Source: Sphaerodactylus townsendi (lineage: Eukaryota). Taken from it: a DNA stretch of 64,000 nucleotides. The DNA lies in NCBI RefSeq assembly GCF_021028975.2, contig NC_059429.1, forward strand, positions 71,920,001-71,984,000, in the 5' to 3' direction. The notes below the pieces were generated by a model. It had not been told where the DNA came from, made no database searches, and worked only from the letters and a program-made list of their open reading frames with translations. Both the position numbers and the translations under genes were made by a program. The stretch's first letter is position 1. Every line of letters begins with the position of its first letter. Shown piece after piece: positions 42,191 through 63,984 of this stretch.

Positions 42191-45100
42191 ATGGAAACTA
42201 AGGATGGCGAGAACGTTACTGACCGGAATCCTCCCAGCCTGTTTGACCTAAGTGCAGCGGTGGTCACCTCTATCATGGGGCTCGTGGAGAGGGAAGTGTG
42301 GGGTAAGGAGTGGACGATCGTGTGATAAACGAGAAATGTGTATTTTTACTAGGAATGAGATGAGTCATAAGGGAGGATGCTTGTGGCAGGACAAGATGAG
42401 ACTGCAGGATGACTAGACTGAAGGGCAAGACTTGGATCAGATTGTATGTATTGAGTATGCTTAATAGCCTAATACATATTAACTTCTTCATGACAAACTG
42501 TATTATAATGAACATCCAGGAAGAATCTGGGAGGGGCAACATATCAAGGATTCACATGTAAATAGGTGGACCAGAAAGTTGTGACTGTAAGTACCCTTAG
42601 TCAGTGGGGGAACAGAGAGGGTGTGGTGAATTGGGAAGGAGGGAATAAACGTCCTATAGATATACTATACTGTACAATTAACCAGTACATGAGACAGGCA
42701 CTGCTAAGGTGGTATGCGCCATGAGGAAACATCCATAGCAAAGACAGTCCTGTACCTTGAACCTGGTGGATGCCACCCACGTGGCAGACCCAAAAAACGA
42801 TGGATGGACACAATTAAGATCTTACCCCAGACGACACCTTTGGAAGAGACAGTTACAAAACTGACCCTGCACGTGCAGGAAACCAGTCTGGAAAGAAGAA
42901 GATATACTGTTTCGGCTGAGGCTGCCCATGTGGGGATGGCTTCCCTTTTTTTGCAAATAAAGCTACTTAAAACCCTCTTCTGTTGGCTTGATATTTGGTG
43001 AAGAAATATTGGGCACCACAGTATCATACTGGGAGGGAACCCTGATTTTTCTTTGCACTGGGGTCCAACAGGCACTTATTCTGCATATTCTGAAGTGACT
43101 GTTAGGAATCAGAGATTGGTGTTAGAGCTTCCTACAATCACCATGACAGTAAAGAGCACCATTGCCTCCCAGTGTCATTGGGCTACCAACCACCACATGG
43201 GGTGGAGATCTCTGGGAATTACAGCTGATCTTCAGAATACAAAGAACTGTTTCCTTGGTTACCAGTGACACATCCTTACATGATTCAAGAATAATTGCTA
43301 GCTACTTCATGGTTAAATGTAGGTTTATTATTTGGGTGTTGGACTAGCAATGGGGAGATGGGAATTGAGGACAGGAAACATGCTTTCTCCCATAACAGGA
43401 GCTTTCATGTTATTCAAATGTATTGAGGTTTTTTTGGAAGGAGTAAGCCTACAAATCCCTACTGTAAATGCTGATTTTTCATAGTGTTAGAGGGAGGTTT
43501 CTAAGGAATTATCATATAACCAACCACAACAGGGCATGTTTGGGTGATTCTTTGCCTACAGGACATTGCTGTCATTCTTTTCATAATTTTGAAGAATCAG
43601 AACTGCTGGGACTGTGATATTCACAATTATCTGAGTCTTCCAACAACTTTTAGTGTTGGTGTTTGAAAATTACAAGTAACCATAAGCTTTCCCCAGTGGG
43701 ACTACAAGTGGTTTGGAGGTGCGGCAGAGAAAGGACTAAATGGCTCCCCTTATCTTGTTGCAGGTCCCCAGCATCTAGAAACAATGTAGTGGGTTAACAG
43801 ATCATGAAAGACATGTTCCCAAGATAACACTAGCATCAACTGGTTCACTTGTGTACACATCACATACAAGTTCACAGCTCCTGGCTTCCTCTTCTTTGTC
43901 CCAATATACATGTCACATTGGAGAACAATCCTGAACTCACTTTGAAGTGAGTGAGATCTGTTATATCTGTGGGACTTCTTTCTGAGAAAAATATATTTGA
44001 AATTGGGCTTCAAATCTGATTTCAGGATGGAGGTGATATAATTAATTCTCTTGCATAATTTGATAGAACAATTTTTTAACCTGTGTGTGAAGCATTGTTT
44101 AAACATGCCACATGTTACCTATTTATCTAAAACTGACCTCTCTCTAACTGAAAAAGTTTGCATTCATTTCTCTCCACATAAGCACTTCCGGGTCCTATAC
44201 TCCAGGGCATCTTGCCTATGCTTAACGTCTACTACCTGGAGCGAATTGAGGAGACTGCTGTGCAAAAAGGTTAGTTTCCTTACAAGTAAGGGCCAGGGAT
44301 ACCAAAATATTTGTGTTTTCTGCTATTCTAGGAAACTAGTCATACATTTTAAAAACTTTGTTTCTTCACTGTTCTGCATAATACAGATCATTCCTTTTGT
44401 GATCTAATATAAAACTTAATTTGCCATCAAAAATTTTTGGTTTTGTCAAAAGACAATTTTTTTAAAAAAGTAATCCTCTGTGCAAGCATGGAGTTATTAT
44501 TGACCCTTGGGGTGATGTCATATAGCAATATTTACTAGGCTGACTATGTTTATGGGGTAAAAGATTTGATGCACTGGATTACAGGGTTTTTCATTGTGGC
44601 TAAGGATCAAAACTGTTTGTGTGCGGGCATATTTTTAAAATACCCTTAACTGCATTCAGTTGTGTCTCAGATGGCAGGAGTTAGCAACGTAATTGTTGTT
44701 AAATTGCTGCATCTCATACGCCAGAATGATTAAGCACAAAACAGCAAGGTATATCTGAAGAGCCACTGGAGCAGTTCATAGAATGTTTGGAAACACAGAC
44801 TGAAATTCCTTTTTGTGCACTGGATTTAGATGGTCAACTTAGTTCAAAGGCTATGCCATTGACATGACCTCCTTAGACAAGAGGAGGGTCACACCATTCC
44901 ATAGTTAAAAAGATAAGCCAATATTTTTCAACTTCACTGTTCAATTTAAATTTGAAGAACTTTCAGAGTGAGAATATAATTTTTATTCCTTTTAAAATGG
45001 GTGCCTGTTGCTTTAAATATTTTGCTCATTCCCTCAGGATTGTCAACTCAACCTATATGGTGCAAGCTCTGGTGCGACATCATGAAAACAAGACCATCCA

Positions 45101-48100
45101 GGTTTGAGGTAAATTACATGAAGAAGCTAGATTTCCTATCTTTGTGGCTGATTTAATTTTTGATCTCTCCCAGTTGTGGTAATTTTTTGTACCATTTTCA
45201 CTGGTAATTGCTGTCCTGGATAGAGAGATGGTACTGAATTATGTGCACTTTCTTTCCATTCTAAGTGCGAAAACTGTTATTCTGACGGGCAGTTAAAAAA
45301 AATTGTCCCTCCCGATCAAGAGCAACATTGCTCATTATTTTTCGTTGTACTGAGTGTCCCCAGTCAAGGAATTCAGTGAACGCCTGTAGCCCATCCTTGA
45401 ATACCTTTTTTATTTAGTTGTATGCGCACATGCTTGGGAGAATGTTCCATTGGACTAAGAGAAACTTACTTATGAAGATAAATAATACCTGGGCACCAGG
45501 GCACTGAAACTGTTTATGTTTTATTTCTCTGCAGAGCATCAAGTGCTGGAGGAAGAAGTTCCTTGAATGTTTCTTCTCAAATGTGCTGCGTGGGACCTTG
45601 GATGTATCTTCAGACCAGCGCCTGAAAGATCCTTGCTTTTCGCCTTTGCTGTATACTTCACAGCATGTTACCCAACTTACTATCTACAACATGCTTGAAG
45701 GAGTAGCAAAGCTGATGGCCAAAGAAAACCAGGGGGTTCTAGAAAACTTGGTTGTCTCACTCAGGTCCCTGACATTCTGTCACTTGCTCTCTTCCAGTCA
45801 GTCTACTAGACAACAGCTGAGTTTGCTTCTTCATTACCTAATTCATCATGGGGCTGTGAGCCACATATCAATGAACTCTTGGCCTAATCCTGACTCCTCA
45901 CTTTTAGTTCTTATTCTGAAAATGAGTGCTGGGATTTGGCACCCAGGAAAAGCACTTGTAAACCAAGCAGGCCTTTGCCATCTGTGCAGGGAGACACCTG
46001 TTGATCAGAGCCAAAAGTTAGACCAAGAGCATGAACCTCATTTGGGCTCAAACCAACTATTGCAGAGATTAACAGCTGGCCAACATAGTGACAAAGATCT
46101 GAGAAATGAGAAACTGTCACCCAGCATGCCACCAGGCTTTGAAAATGCTGTGGAGCTGGCCAGAGCCGGTAGTGAAACTCTGAATGTCTTAGTGGACTAT
46201 CACTTGAGTAGCAATCCTTCACGAAGCAAGATGCAGCACAGAACAAGTTCAGAGAGTTATGCTGGAAAAGAATCTGTTAGACTTCCTCCAGCAAAACTAT
46301 CTGAAGATGGCTCTCTTTTAGATGAACATCAAAAGAGGGGAAAGGGTGCAATAAAACGGAAGTTCAGCTGCCTTCAGAAGACCAGCAAAGGCACAAGAGA
46401 CTCGGAAGATCTTTATGACTTTGTTTTTTCTGTTTCAAGGGAAGAAGAGGAGAAAACATTGCTCAGCAAAAGAACAAACTTGAAGGAGGGAAGGACTTTT
46501 GTTAACTATTCTTCTTGCCCCACAGAAGCCAGCACTACTGATTTGGTATACACAGATAGACCTGTTGGGACCACTTCCATGAAAGCACCAAGCCATTTCC
46601 GAAGCGTGTCCACTCTGGAAATTGTTTCCATTCGTCTAAACCAGAATACGTGCCAGATGCTGGGAAATCTGCTCAGCTCTTGGGTGTCTTTAGAAAAGCT
46701 TGTTCTGTCTTTGAATGGTGAGTAATAAACCACACATTTCATATCAGGCTTGATCGCAGTTTGTTTTACTCTAAAGGAAGTTTTAAAAGCATTAGCTGGC
46801 ATCTGAGCTTTAGATAGACAAAATGTACTGTATATACTCATGTATAAGTTGAGTTTTTCAGCACATTTTTTTGTGCTGAAAAAGCCCCCCTCGACTTATA
46901 CGCGAGTCAGCTGTATTTTAAAAAATATTTTAGGGTTTTTACTTTGTCGGCCGCCAGGGGGTGCAGTTTTTAGGCTAGTGGCACCAAAATTTCAGAATAT
47001 CATCAGGTGACACTCCTGATGATACTACCCAAGTTTGATAAAGTTTGGTTCAAGGGGTCCAAAGTTATGGACCCCCAAAGGGGGTGCCCCATTCCCCATT
47101 GTTTCCAATGGGAGCTAATAGTAGATGGGGCTACATTTTGAGGGTCCATAACTTTGGACCTCCTGAACCAAACTTCACCAAACCTGGGTGGTATCATCAG
47201 GATGGTCTCCTAAAGATACTCTGAAATGTTGGTACTGCTAACGTAAACATTCCTCCCCTGACCAAAAATCCAGTTTTGAAGGATTTTAACTCTTGTGTTT
47301 TAGCTTGGTTGCTGGTTGAGCTAAGGTTTTTGTACTTTTAAAGTTATTGTTGAGACCATATTGTTTTTGTTTACTCCCTTTTCCACTTACAGAGCTAGTT
47401 TACCGTTTTTCTTTGGAATAAATATTCAAAAACATTTAACCTACTGATGCCTCAATTAATGTAATTATATTGGTATCTATTTTTATTTTTGAAATTTACC
47501 AGTAGCTGCTGCATTTCCCACCCTTGACTTATACGCGAGTCAATAAGTTTTCCCAGTTTTTTGTGGTAAAATTAGGTGCCTTGACTTATATGCGGGTCGA
47601 CTTATACACGAGTATATACAGTATATCCCAAATAGGGTGCTTGTAAACAAGATTGTTTGTAAAAAAAAATTGCAAGCACCCTATTTGGAATAGAAATTTT
47701 TCTTGGAGAGGCAGCAGACATTTACACCTTCTAAAATAAATCATGGGAAACCTTATTGAATCCATACTTCCAAATGCAATCCTAAAATCATATATGATCA
47801 TTGAAGTTATAAGCAAATAATTTACTGTGTTTGTACTTTCCAAGTTTACTTCTTTAAAATGTTATTCCAGAATTAGGTCCCAATATCTTCAGCATCCTTT
47901 CTGGGCTCCGGGCTCTTTCTCGCCAGAGTGACTATCATCTCCGTGTGGTGCACATCAGTGACATGCTCTCCCATGTGCCCTGCATGAATCTTGTTTGCTC
48001 TATTTTGAGTGCCGTTCCATTGCTTCAGGTGCTTTTGGTCAGTTTTGATCTCAAAACTCTGGTGGATTGCAGCAGGCCAGAAGAGAACCCAGGCTCATCA

Positions 48101-51100
48101 TCTTTAGAAGATGAAATTCCAGGTATATCATAACACATTTTGAACTTAACATTGTATTGTGTAGGTTTTTTTCCTTTGAATATGGAAGGGAATGTCCAGG
48201 TGTCAGTGATGTGGACATGTTCCTTTTTTCATTTGGAAACTTGTTCATATGCTTTCATTTGATCTTGTGATTATTTCATAGTTTTAATGGCCTCTGAGTG
48301 CCTTCAAATATTGCTCATGCTACTGGTCATCTTTGGAACAAAGTTACAGGAGGTTATATTAGAAATCGACCTCTAGGATGTTAGGCCTTGCATTATAATT
48401 GGTTGTGTTTAATCTTTTTGATGTAGAAAAGTCCAGATAATCTTTCTAGTAATAGCTTGCTACGTGGCTTGAAACTCCTTGCTTTTATAGGGCTTGTTCA
48501 CTGCCACAGGCTCTGGTATGACTTTTTTGAGTCCTACTACTAGTCTTTCTTTTTTTATAGCTTGCTATATTCACAGCATTAGAGCAGGTTTCCTGAAGGA
48601 CCACCTACTCCCATATAAATCTGCCCATTTATTAAGATAATCTGGGGTGGATTATCTCTCCATCTCACCAGTTCATTTGGTTGGTACTCAAGAGAGCTTT
48701 CTTGGTGGTGGCACCTAGAGTCTTCCTTGGTGTCCTCCTATCATAAGGTGAAGAAGTTTTATTTTGGACAGCCTTTAACATTTAGATCAAACAATTGCTA
48801 TCTTAGCAAGTAGCAGCTAAGGTTTTTTAAGTTAATTTTTGTGATTTTGATATTTTTAAATAACATTCTGTATTGGATTACATTGGGTATTATTGTTGGT
48901 TATTGGTGGATTGTATTGAATTCTATAAGGTGCCTTTTAATATGGAAAATGGAAAGGCAGTGTATAAATAGCAAAATTAGTTATACTTGGAAATGAATAT
49001 GAGGCCATTGCAGCTTCTGTGGACTGAATGAAGGAAGGTATGTGAAAATAAATATATTTATTTATTAGAAGTATTTATACACTGCCTTTCCATTGTCCAT
49101 ATTAAAGCCAGCTTATGAATTCAATAAATTCTGCTTTTTTCTTTGGTAACTGTCAACCAGAGAGCCATCTGGAACATCTTGAGATAAGATTTCCCAGGGA
49201 GCCTCTTCCAACAAGCCTCTTGATACCTGTACTGAAAGCTTCAAGATCTCTCCAGAGTCTCTCTCTAGACAGCGCTACAATATCTTGTCCCCAAGAGGTT
49301 GAGCTTCTCCTTCATGCACTGAAAGGTATTGTGGAAGGTTTGCCTGTCTGTGCTTATCAGCAACGTGGGTAGATGTTGTTGCGGGAGGTGCTAGCATCTT
49401 CAGACCCATCCAAATGGCCACACAGAATTATTTACTGTGTGGATCTACACAGATAGTAGTATATTTGCACAATGGGAGAAAACTCCCAAGCTTTTTCTGT
49501 AAAATCTTGCTTGTCTTGCAGAATATAGCCCAGTCCTGAAGAGACTGAGATTTCATGACATTAATCTTTCTCACCACTCAAAAGATGTCCTCCTCCTACT
49601 GCAGGACCCTATCCTTCAAGGTATGACTGATTCACACCCAGCTCTTGTCTGTCCTCTTACACTGTGGCTCTTCTTGATGAGTCAGAGAAGATGAGATTTA
49701 GTGGAAGGTGAATGGAAAGCCGCTCCATGCATGAGAAGTATGGAAAAACAGTACACAGCTTTTAATGGGGCAGAAAAGGGTTCTTATTCTTTGGAGTTTT
49801 CAGTGAAACTAATTAGTATGGCAGAACATAGAAAAGTATCATTTATTAATTTGAGAGTCTTTTCCTTGTAACAGAAATCACCTTTTCTTTCTGTCGGCTG
49901 TTTGAAAACTGTTCTATGGAATTTCTGTCTGAAATAATAAATGTTGTGAAGAAGAACTCATCTTTGAAGATCCTCAGGCTCCCAGGAAATAGACTGGGTA
50001 TGTAAGGCAAAATACAACAGCTGTCCCTGAATACTTTCTCTCTACTCAGTTAGTGGGGAGGGGTCTTAAATTCTGTTACAAATGTTGGCACTCCTGGTAT
50101 GTTTTGACTGCAGTGTTCTGTTTTTCAAGCCAAGTGACATGTATGATGACTTTCAGCTGAGCTACTTTGAGCTTTCCTTCTTGAATCAATAGGCTTTTGC
50201 TGAGGTCTGTGTTTTCAGCAGGCCAACCTTCCTGGCTTTACTCCTACATTCTATCTTTTTTCCCCAGTGAACAGATTCAGGCCAATGCAGAGGGCGCAGG
50301 AATCCTGCTTTTCCAGAGATTCAGCCACTCAGTAATTTCCTACATTAAATTTCTAATAGCTTGCTTTGCTATGCAAGCCTGCTATTAGTTCCTTTAGACT
50401 ATACATAATGTGGAATTCGGAAGCGAGATCTATAAAGAATGGAAACATTCTTACCAGACATTTCAAATAGCAACTCATTACTTTTTTGAGTTTGTCATCT
50501 CTGTCAAATTTGCCAGCCCTGGGAGTACTTATTTCTGCTGTCATTACTTTCTTCTCCAACCTGCTAATATTCCTAGTTTGCACTTAAATTGTAATTCTCC
50601 CATTGTTAGGAAATCACAGGCTGGCTGCACTGGCTGATATTTTTTCAGAAGATTCATCTGCTTCCATTTGTCATCTGGATGTCAGGTGTGTTATTTTATT
50701 TAACATGTTTATTTACCTTTCTGACAATTACAGTTTAAAATTTGAAAAGATAAATAGTAAAAACTGCTCAATTTTTGCTTGTTTTTTTCAAGCGCTATGA
50801 CCTTTCTATCTTGGATATCCCTTCCCCAAGGAAGGTGGGGAAAGAATGCTTCATACACTTTCTCTCAGGCCCTTGATAAAATAGAGATTACTTTGCTAGG
50901 GGGTGCTTATGTCTTGTCTTAGTTGCATTAGGTATCCAATTGCCTAGGCCAGGGGTAGGGAACCTGCGGCTCTCCAGATGTTCAGGAACTACAATTCCCA
51001 TCAGCCTCTGTCAGCATGGCCAATTGGCCATGCTGGTAGGGGCTGATGGGAATTGTAGTTCCTGAACATCTGGAGAGCCGCAGGTTCCCTACCCCTGGCC

Positions 51101-52640
51101 TAGGAATTGTCAGTTATGGAGTTGGCAGTATTCTTAGCCTAACAAGTTCTTTTTTCCATTTCCTCCTTGTATCATAAAGATGTGAGTTGGAAAGTGATAG
51201 CTGAAGTAGCTCTAAAAAGCTAATTACTTTAATGACATATAACAGTAAGCTAGAATCACAGCACAATTCCAGGTAGTTACTTCATTCAAAACTCACTGAA
51301 ATATGTGGGTTTAGAGTGCATAGTTGTGGGTTTAGGGGTTTAGATTGCACTTTCAGATAGCCTTGTTGCTCATATAGTGGTAATGGCAGTCATTCATTCC
51401 CATACGTTCAATACATCTTAACATTTATCCAAGCTAATTATGATAGGATCAGTAAGCAAGACATTTTCCATGTGCAATACATTCATAATTGGTAATAACT
51501 TGTCATCTGAATCTACTCAGCAGCTTCTAGAATCAAAGAGCCACTGCTTGTGGCACTGGTATTGGCAGCAGTATTCTCTCAAACCTAGTTGTACAATCTG
51601 CAATTATTTTCCAGATTTGTAGGAAAATTTTAAAGAAACTTCATAGCCATAATGTCACATACCTGTGCTGTAGAACCATGTTATTCTATTCATAAAGTAA
51701 GCAATGCAGCAATGAGTATAATTTTCTATGCATCAGTTGTTTTCAGTCATGTAGTTTCTTCAACTGTCAAACCAGTCTTCATCTACTCAAAGAAAGAATA
51801 TGCCAGCTTACAGTCATGAACGGGTTAACTTCACTGTAAATGTTCTGGTATCAAGGGAGGCTTGGTTCCCCCATATAGCTCACCTTCCTATGTGTCCTTT
51901 ATGGCAAAACTGAGGCGAACATTCTGCAGCCTTGGGACCGAAGTATATTTCATGCATTTCTCCTAGAGGCTGCAAGAATATTAAAATCTGCCAGGAATAT
52001 GCAGGTAAGGTGGTTTCTTGATTTCAGGAGACTTCCCATCCATTATATATTCAAACTTGTTTTGTTAGTTTATTATTATTATTACTATTTATTATTTATT
52101 AAACTTATATACCACCCTCCCCCGGAGAGCTCAGTTTAAGATCTCTTAGGGAAGTTAGTCACTCAGTGTTATTCCTCTCCCCCCCCCCCCCATTTTCTGT
52201 GAACTTTAAGGGTAACCCTATTGAGGTTACAGCAGGGAGGTACAACATCTGACTTGCCTTTTCATTCTTAAGTTCACTGTGTTGCCTTTCTTACTGTTGG
52301 CCAGGGTTAGAGAGGACCTCTTCAGCACATTCTAAGGATCCACAATAGGTGAGAAGTGCTCTGAGCTTAATCTAAAAAGCTATGGCCCCATCTTCTTTTC
52401 TACAGCTCCAACTGCATCAGACCTGATGGGCTCCTGGAGTTTGCCAAGAAGCTGGAGAGATACATCGCCCCACGTAGAGAACAGGTCAAGTTCACCAAGC
52501 TTTGCCTCTCTCAAAATTGGCTGGACCAAGATGCTGCAATGACTCAAGAGGCTCTTCAGCAGCTCAGAGCCATATGTAGTGTGGTCAGTGACACATGGGA
52601 CTCCTCTCAAGCATTTGCTGACTATGTTGGCATGATGTAA
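42191..52640 (+). CDS. LRRC41: Leucine-rich repeat-containing protein 41 (MUF1; Elongin BC-box protein), 10 exons, 800 aa
   Basis: Exons 42191-42302, 44183-44269, 45038-45108, 45535-46717, 47871-48122, 49161-49325, 49522-49620, 49875-49997, 50610-50685, 52406-52640 (2403 nt, GT-AG). BC-box [42 protein letters not shown], LRRs ([29 protein letters not shown]), C-terminus [11 protein letters not shown]. Confidence 0.96.
42700..42890 (+). mobile_element. RTE-clade LINE 3' fragment
   Basis: '[19 protein letters not shown]' is the RTE C-terminal motif. Confidence 0.6.
46828..47621. mobile_element. Tc1/mariner (Tc2-like) non-autonomous element with an internal palindrome
   Basis: TIRs CTGTATATACTCATGTATAAG / CTTATACACGAGTATATACAG; TA TSDs (46826-27, 47622-23); subterminal GACTTATACGCG repeats. 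Confidence 0.85.
50950..51097. mobile_element. Palindromic hAT MITE (148 bp)
   Basis: Near-perfect hairpin; same TIR as 2793-3082; TSD GCCTAGGC/GCCTAGGA. Confidence 0.92.
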
Positions 52641-52664
52641 CAAGTGTGCAGGGTGCTCTTTTGT

Positions 52665-52670
52665 AATAAA
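52665..52670 (+). terminator. Candidate LRRC41 polyadenylation signal AATAAA
   Basis: 24 nt after the stop codon, followed by T/GT-rich sequence. Confidence 0.6.
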
Positions 52671-53731
52671 ATTTTATTTTGCCTTTTTAAGTATGTCTTC
52701 AAAATTTTATTTGATTCTGCTGTCCCTGTTTTTTAGGCAGTTACATCCGTAACTGCCATTATTCAATATTAGTGGAGGGAAGTATTAAGATTTAATAGAA
52801 TTATCCTAATTGTGTATGCTGTTTTAAACTTAGGATCTGCACATGCTAAAGAATGAGGTGGCAGAGTGGATAGTGACCCTTCAGATGAGCATTGTAACCA
52901 TTGCAAATTCAACCCTCAGTCACTTGGGAGCAGACCTGACTCTCCCTCTCCCTACATACACCAGAGTTCTATTTACAGCAGTCTGACAGAAAATTCCCTG
53001 GTCTTCTGAAATGACAGTGAACATTATACTGCATTTTATTGCAAGCCAGCTATCACCAGAAGATCAAACCTAACTTCCTAGTAATTTAATAGCTATAAAT
53101 ATTAACTTTTGCTTAGGGACCTAGTTTATTCTAACTGTTCAATCAACAAAAGACTGTTAAACCATCAGTTGGTTAAGGATGAATTTCTCCTAATAATAAA
53201 CCTCTGTTTCGCTTTGAGACGGCATACTAATACAAGAGCTATTTATTTTGTTGCAGCCTAGGACACGTTTTAAGTTTGATTTTAAATGAACTGCACTTAT
53301 TCTTTCAAAAAGAAAGCAATTCAGTTTTAATAATTTAACATCCTTTTAAAAATCCAGAAAAGGCAGCTTTTTAAGTATGTCTTCAAAATAAAGATAATTA
53401 ATCCTTCCCCCACAAGCAATATATATTCCACAAGAACATTAGAAAAGATATTCATGATTTGTCTTATCTTTCCCACATGAGCAGGTTTCATTAATATAAA
53501 CTCTAGCATTCAAGATACCGCAATAAATAACCAAATCAAGTGTCTCCCTGCATTTGGAATATGAAGCTTTTTTTCAGTGTAACACATTTCCCTACAGCTC
53601 TGCAAGTGGGTAAAAACACATTTGCCTGGATCATGCCTACAAAATATTCCATTGACCTTGCATTCTGCCTTATCCAACATGCCAACTCTCAGCAATAGAA
53701 CAAACAGTATACTTCTTTCTTTCCTGTACAC

Positions 53732-54065
53732 AGCTGCATTCAGCCCTCACATGTCACCATATTAAAGAAAAATAAATGTTGTGCATAACTGGTTTTGCTA
53801 GACTTGTACTTTGTCAATTCCGTGTGATATTGTGAACTGTGGTTAAACACAACATAAACACATGTGGTTTAATCATTTAGTTCCTCAATCAGCATTCTGG
53901 GTCTCGATTAAACCTTGGTTGAGGATCGTAAACCACAGCTGTGCACATAATAGTTCATGAGTCAGTGGCCAATTGCAGTTTTTAGTTCAAGAAAGGGAAA
54001 CAGGAGCCCCTGCAAGTCTGCCAACAAGCTGAGTTTATGGTTACATGTGACATTTGAATGCAGCT
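53732..54065. mobile_element. Decayed MITE with ~29-bp TIRs (possibly PIF/Harbinger-like)
   Basis: AGCTGCATTCA....TCACATGTCACCAT mirrored by ATGGTTACATGTGA....TGAATGCAGCT; internal AACCAC/GTGGTT motifs. Confidence 0.5.
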
Positions 54066-54597
54066 AAGGGGAAAAAATGGAAATCTAAGTATGGGCTGTT
54101 ACTTTGATCTATAGACTTTCTCATAATAGGTTAGGATACACAATGAAGCAGTAGGCTGCCCAGAAAAATACAGTGACATGACAGCAAATGAGATCTGTTA
54201 AGATTTGTCACTTCTATTCTTCTCTGAAAGTTCCAGTACAAGTAATTCTTCAAAGCCATCTTGCCTAACAAAATAAGGAGTGCCTATTGATTGCCTCTGA
54301 ACTATTTCTACCTTTGGCTTCTTCCTTTCCAAAAACACACAGATACCATGATAAGAACGACACAAGCTTCCCTTCCAGAAACAATCGTTATAGGGTTTTT
54401 TAAATGAGTTTTGTTAAACATATGATTTTCCAATGCTCTTCATCAGCATAGTCTAAATACGTGAGAAACTTTCTATTACGTTACAGTGTGTGGGAGTTGC
54501 CTCAATGCTCTCAGTCAACAGCCATAGAGGTGTCAATGTTCTGCTTTCACAGAAGTGAAACAGCTTGAATTTCAGAAGGATTAGTCCAAACCAACAG

Positions 54598-62919
<8,322 letters not shown>

Positions 62920-63444
62920 CTGATGTGAAAAGACAGCACTTATCAGGCTGTGATTACTGAACTACTAATATAAAGCTACAGCTGGATCATATGAATTATT
63001 TAGACCGAAAGGCATTGCAATTATAAACTGCTCACATTTTCAAAAGCTACTGAACTCTCTTGTTTCCAAATCAGAACTAACAGTAGCTTAAGTTTCCTTG
63101 ACTTCAGTGGAATTTAGAAGATGAATAATATGCTAGCCTGAAAAACCCCCAGAGATGTTACCTGTCCTGTCCTCGTTGCTTCCATTACCTACCATCCGTT
63201 ACATTTCCTGAAGTGCATGCAAACTTTCATAATGGCAGTCAGAGCTGAAATACCAGCCCCATTTTGCCAAGAAAGCTTTTTGGATAACCTTGAAACAGTC
63301 AATCTTTTTGGCTTAACCTATTTCCCAGGATTGTTGCAAAGATAAAATGCTGAACAGAAGAATGAAACAAGATGCCTTGGGTCCCCAGTGAGAAGAAAGG
63401 TGAGTATACTGGTAATTATTCACCTTATGGTGAATTATTGCAAT

Positions 63445-63606
63445 ATTGCCCCCTCATCCATTTTATCTACACAACAACCCTGTGAGGGAGGTAAGGCCGA
63501 GTGTGACTGGCTCAAGGTCACTCTGCAAGCTTCCGTGGCAGAGTGGAGATTTGAACCTGAGTTTCTTAGATCATGGTCTAACACTCTAACCAATACTACA
63601 CACTGA
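63445..63606 (-). mobile_element. tRNA-derived SINE (MIR/Squam-like)
   Basis: Minus strand: CAGTGTGTAGTATTGGTTAGAGTGTTAGAC..CTCAGGTTCAAATCTC..GTGACCTTGAGCCAGTCAC..CTCACAGGGTTGTTGTG. Confidence 0.7.
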
Positions 63607-63775
63607 CCCACCATTAAATAAATGAATAGATAAATGATTCAAGTAAAAGCATCTATTTATTTATCTTGTTAATGCACAACTAATTGTGATAAGTGTACAT
63701 AGAATAATTTTAAATATATTTGCTTTTTTGTCTAAGTGAGCAGGATGCCAGAGCTGCTAATTCAAACATATTCCA

Positions 63776-63984
63776 TATTGTCGAAGGCTTTCACGGCCAG
63801 AATCACTGGGGTGCTGTGTGGTTTCCAGGCTGTATGGCCATGTTCTAGCAGCATTCTCTCCTGACATTTCGCCTGCATCTGTTGCTGGCATCCTCTGAAG
63901 ATGCCAGGCACACATGCAGGCAAAACGTCAGGAAAGAATGCTGCTAGAACACAGCCATACAGCCCAGAAAACACACAGCACCCC
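63776..63984. mobile_element. Palindromic mini-Penelope (two inverted 3' ends) with mutated hammerhead
   Basis: Left arm matches 15561-15677 and right arm matches 20152-20245; flanked by the direct repeat CATATTCCATATT (63767-63779, 63984-63996). Confidence 0.88.
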
